From assembly GCA_945859975.1 (NCBI GenBank), contig CAMAPH010000016.1, forward strand, positions 1-58,086: a DNA stretch of 58,086 nucleotides. Reading direction: 5' to 3'. Source of the stretch: Chthonomonas calidirosea (GTDB taxonomy: Bacteria; Armatimonadota; Fimbriimonadia; Fimbriimonadales; Fimbriimonadaceae). Every line of letters begins with the position of its first letter. Positions within the stretch are counted from its first letter, which is position 1. Position numbers and translations under genes: made by a program. Below the pieces are notes generated by a model that was given only the letters and a program-made list of their open reading frames with translations, was not told the origin of the DNA and did no database searches. This document shows, one piece after another, positions 55,278-58,086 of the stretch.

Positions 55278-56745
55278 AGTGCAGCCCAATATTGCGGTCT
55301 CGGAGCAGAGCTCCGCGCACCACGTGCTGAGCGGCGAGCATCACGTTTCGGCTTTCCACCGGATACCGCGCGAACGGTGCGGTAGGTAACTGGTGGTACC
55401 GATGAAGCGTTTCTGCGATCATCTTTTCGGCGGCGCGCAATCCCTCAAAGTTTCGGACGATGCCGACGTGCTGGGTCATCATCTTCTGCAAAGCACGACG
55501 AAGCCGGATGGCTTCGGTCTCGTGAATGCACGGAGGAGCCTCGCCTTCGCCGAGTTTGCGGAATGGCTCGTCCCGAACTGCTCTAGCCGCCGCGTCTGAA
55601 AAGACCATCGCTTCCAAGAGCGAATTGCTGGCTAGGCGGTTTGCGCCATGAACCCCGGTGCAAGCGACTTCGCCACTGGCATACAGTCCAGGCAAACTCG
55701 TGCGACCATCAAGATCGGTGACCACGCCACCGCAGGAATAGTGTTGAGCCGGGACGACCGGGATCCACTCCTTATCCATCTCGATTCCAATACTCAGCAA
55801 GCGCTCGTAGATGGTCGGGAACTCGTGGTGAATACGGGCAGGATCGAGGTGGGTGAGGTCGAGATAGACGCACCATGTTTCGTGCTTCTTGATTTCTGAA
55901 TCGATGGCGCGGGCGACGATATCTCGTGGTGCGAGTTCTAGCCGTTCGTCGTAGTCGTACATGAAGCGCCGCCCAAGGTGGTTGCGCAGGGTCGCTCCTG
56001 CACCACGAACGGCCTCTGTAATGAGGAAGCTCCGCATCTGCGGGTGGTACAGCGTGGTCGGGTGGAACTGCATGAATTCCATCTGCGCGATGGTTGCTCC
56101 GGCCTCGGTTGCCAAGGCAATGCCATCCGCCGTTGCAACCGCAGGGTTGGTGGTGTGCTGGTAAATCTTTCCGCTTCCGCCGGTGGCCAGCATCACGGCT
56201 CGGCAGGAGAATGCCGCTTCGCCTACATCTTCGATGTTCGCAACCACGCCCGTACACTCGTCATCGCGAATGAGCAGGTGGGTGACAAACGCACGCTCAA
56301 TGACGGTGATGTTCGGATTCGTGCGAACGGACGCGACGACCGCGCGCTCAACTTCCGCACCGGTTCGGTCGGCAGTGTGAACAATGCGGTTGCGGCTGTG
56401 GCCGCCTTCTAGGCCGAGGTCGAGCACACGGCCATTGGAATCAAAATCCGCGCCGAGATTTACGAGCCATTCGATGGCTCGAGGAGCATTTTGAACAAGG
56501 AATCGGACCGCCTCGGGATCACAAAGTCCCGCGCCGGCGATGAGCGTGTCTTGCTCATGCAGCTCCCAAGAGTCGGCTTCTCCAACCGCGGCCGCGATGC
56601 CGCCTTGCGCCCACTTGGTGTTGCTATCGGTAATGTCGCTCTTCGTCAGAACACAAACCCGACCATGCTCGGCAACCTTGATGGCAAAACTGAGCCCGGC
56701 GATTCCGCTGCCGATGACAATGTAGTCGTACTGGTAAGTGTCCAT
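55198..56745 (-). CDS. nadB: L-aspartate oxidase
   Basis: VIGSGIAGL, SNTKWAQGGIAA, EGGHSRNRIVH, LATGG, EFMQFHPT, LITEAVRG.GA, ELAPRDIVARAI, TGVHGANRLASNSLLE. Confidence 0.96.
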   Translation of the reverse strand: MDTYQYDYIVIGSGIAGLSFAIKVAEHGRVCVLTKSDITDSNTKWAQGGIAAAVGEADSWELHEQDTLIAGAGLCDPEAVRFLVQNAPRAIEWLVNLGADFDSNGRVLDLGLEGGHSRNRIVHTADRTGAEVERAVVASVRTNPNITVIERAFVTHLLIRDDECTGVVANIEDVGEAAFSCRAVMLATGGSGKIYQHTTNPAVATADGIALATEAGATIAQMEFMQFHPTTLYHPQMRSFLITEAVRGAGATLRNHLGRRFMYDYDERLELAPRDIVARAIDSEIKKHETWCVYLDLTHLDPARIHHEFPTIYERLLSIGIEMDKEWIPVVPAQHYSCGGVVTDLDGRTSLPGLYASGEVACTGVHGANRLASNSLLEAMVFSDAAARAVRDEPFRKLGEGEAPPCIHETEAIRLRRALQKMMTQHVGIVRNFEGLRAAEKMIAETLHRYHQLPTAPFARYPVESRNVMLAAQHVVRGALLRDRNIGLHFNEDLLAAEFQSSEAAEPKPESPAPK

Positions 56746-56755
56746 TTGCCCGGCC

Positions 56756-58086
56756 CTACTTGCGATTTACTCGGATCGCAAGGTCCTTCTCGAAGCTAGG
56801 TACGGGAATGCGAACGGCTCCGTTCGCACTCACCGAGACATTTGCCCGTTTGAATATCTCGCCGGTCCAAGTGTCCCAGTACTGAACTTCCCACCGTCCA
56901 GGTGCTAGACCTTTTAATCCGAGCACGGCGGGAGCCGACTTCGCGAACTTTCGCTTCTCCTCAATCACCGCTTTCCAGCTTCGGCCGGCCGGGCGCATCC
57001 ATAGGAGCGAGTAGTCGCGGCCGTTCAATGCCCAGACGTCAATCGCGGGCTTTGTCAGTTTGACGGCATCCTTGAACCGGTACGAGACTTGAATCCAGTC
57101 GTTGCCATTGTTTCGCACGGCCACGGAGTGAGCACCAGGCGAAAGGTCCACCCCGTACTTGCCGTTGTACTTTTTGACGATGGCGCCGTCCACCGCATTT
57201 TCTGCTGCGGAAAACGGTTTTGCGGCGACCCGCTCGTTGTCCACCCAGATTTCCAAGCGACCACCACCATAGCCGGACACGCCACGCACATCTACTTCAA
57301 ACCGAGTCTTGCGCTCGAAGTTTACGGAGAACGCGACGGGGTTGTGCCAGGTCGGATGATTCCGCTGACCGTGTAAGAGTCCCGAAACCGGCACGTTACC
57401 GGTAACCGCTCCGGTGCGGGAGATTTTGACCCGCTGCGGCTGGTTTTGCGGCGCGGGTTCCCAGGCTTCCGGTCCGCCCGAAATCTCGATGTCTTGATAA
57501 GATGCAACCTTCGGCTTGGTTTCAAAAGCTAGCGTTGGTCGGGTCACGCGGAACTCTTCTTCCGAGAAGTTGATTCCCTTCGTGAACTCGCTAACGGGCT
57601 TGAAGAGCTTGAAAAGGTCTTTCGGAGCGATGAAGTTGTCCCACCACCACGGCATTGCGGCTGCGGCTCCGCCGGTGACGACGGATGCCCACATTGGATC
57701 ATGAATTTGAAGACCGGTCGGGTCTTCCTCCCCGCGTGGGCCCGTCCAATCGGCGCCGACCTCGCCTACGTAATGCGGCTTGTCGAGGCTTGCCTTTCTC
57801 ACCTGTTGATTGCTGATCGTGCCGACAATGTCTGGACTCGAATAGTGGTGGGTTTGGACGTAGTCCAGTTCGGGCATGGCGTCAATCTCTCGAACGCCGG
57901 TGGCAGACGAAAAACTTGTGGTCTGCAAGTGCTTATAGGGGTCCAGGCCGCGTAACACGGTCGACATCCGTTGGTGCCATTTTTTGACGGTCACGGGATC
58001 AAAGTCGGTCGTAATGTCGCACTCATTCCAGAACTCCCATGCGAACATGTTGGTGTACGCACCGTACCGAGCGACCAAGTACCGCA
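56756..58086 (-). CDS. Glycoside hydrolase-like protein (clan GH-A / GH5-like), N-terminus outside the window
   Basis: ARYG....FAWEFWNE (acid/base), DPYKHL.TTS, DYVQTHHY, KPHYVGE.G (nucleophile), WWWD. Confidence 0.75.
   Translation of the reverse strand, partial: RYLVARYGAYTNMFAWEFWNECDITTDFDPVTVKKWHQRMSTVLRGLDPYKHLQTTSFSSATGVREIDAMPELDYVQTHHYSSPDIVGTISNQQVRKASLDKPHYVGEVGADWTGPRGEEDPTGLQIHDPMWASVVTGGAAAAMPWWWDNFIAPKDLFKLFKPVSEFTKGINFSEEEFRVTRPTLAFETKPKVASYQDIEISGGPEAWEPAPQNQPQRVKISRTGAVTGNVPVSGLLHGQRNHPTWHNPVAFSVNFERKTRFEVDVRGVSGYGGGRLEIWVDNERVAAKPFSAAENAVDGAIVKKYNGKYGVDLSPGAHSVAVRNNGNDWIQVSYRFKDAVKLTKPAIDVWALNGRDYSLLWMRPAGRSWKAVIEEKRKFAKSAPAVLGLKGLAPGRWEVQYWDTWTGEIFKRANVSVSANGAVRIPVPSFEKDLAIRVNRK

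Overview
A 58 kb, gene-dense, GC-rich bacterial chromosomal segment. It is most consistent with Armatimonadota (Fimbriimonadaceae-like); this is inferred from the [28 protein letters not shown] prepilin-like protein, FlgD-Ig and copper-amine-oxidase-N surface proteins, and a mix of diderm-envelope genes with Gram-positive-type housekeeping genes. About 43 genes are present, including secA, uvrC, gltB, rpsA, coaD, coaE, nadB, xylB, fahA, comEA, a family-4 UDG, two sugar ABC systems, a peptide ABC binding protein, an ANTAR response regulator and several large secreted or outer-membrane proteins. I saw no tRNA, rRNA, CRISPR array or mobile element. The most interesting signals are regulatory. (1) A 97-aa ORF directly upstream of secA has a signal-peptide-like N-terminus and ends in RAGPVA-stop; its RAGP codons can base-pair with the secA initiation region, suggesting a SecM-like ribosome-arrest feedback system. 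(2) A dual-hexaloop ANTAR RNA motif lies in the gltB leader, and a REC-ANTAR regulator is encoded 10 kb away. (3) A candidate ~70-nt ECF-sigma-dependent sRNA lies in the secA 3' region. (4) A four-gene cell-envelope cluster sits behind a long structured leader. (5) Many genes have leaderless-type starts, and ribosomal protein S1 carries a ~150-aa acidic N-terminal extension. All family calls come from motif recognition, not database searches.
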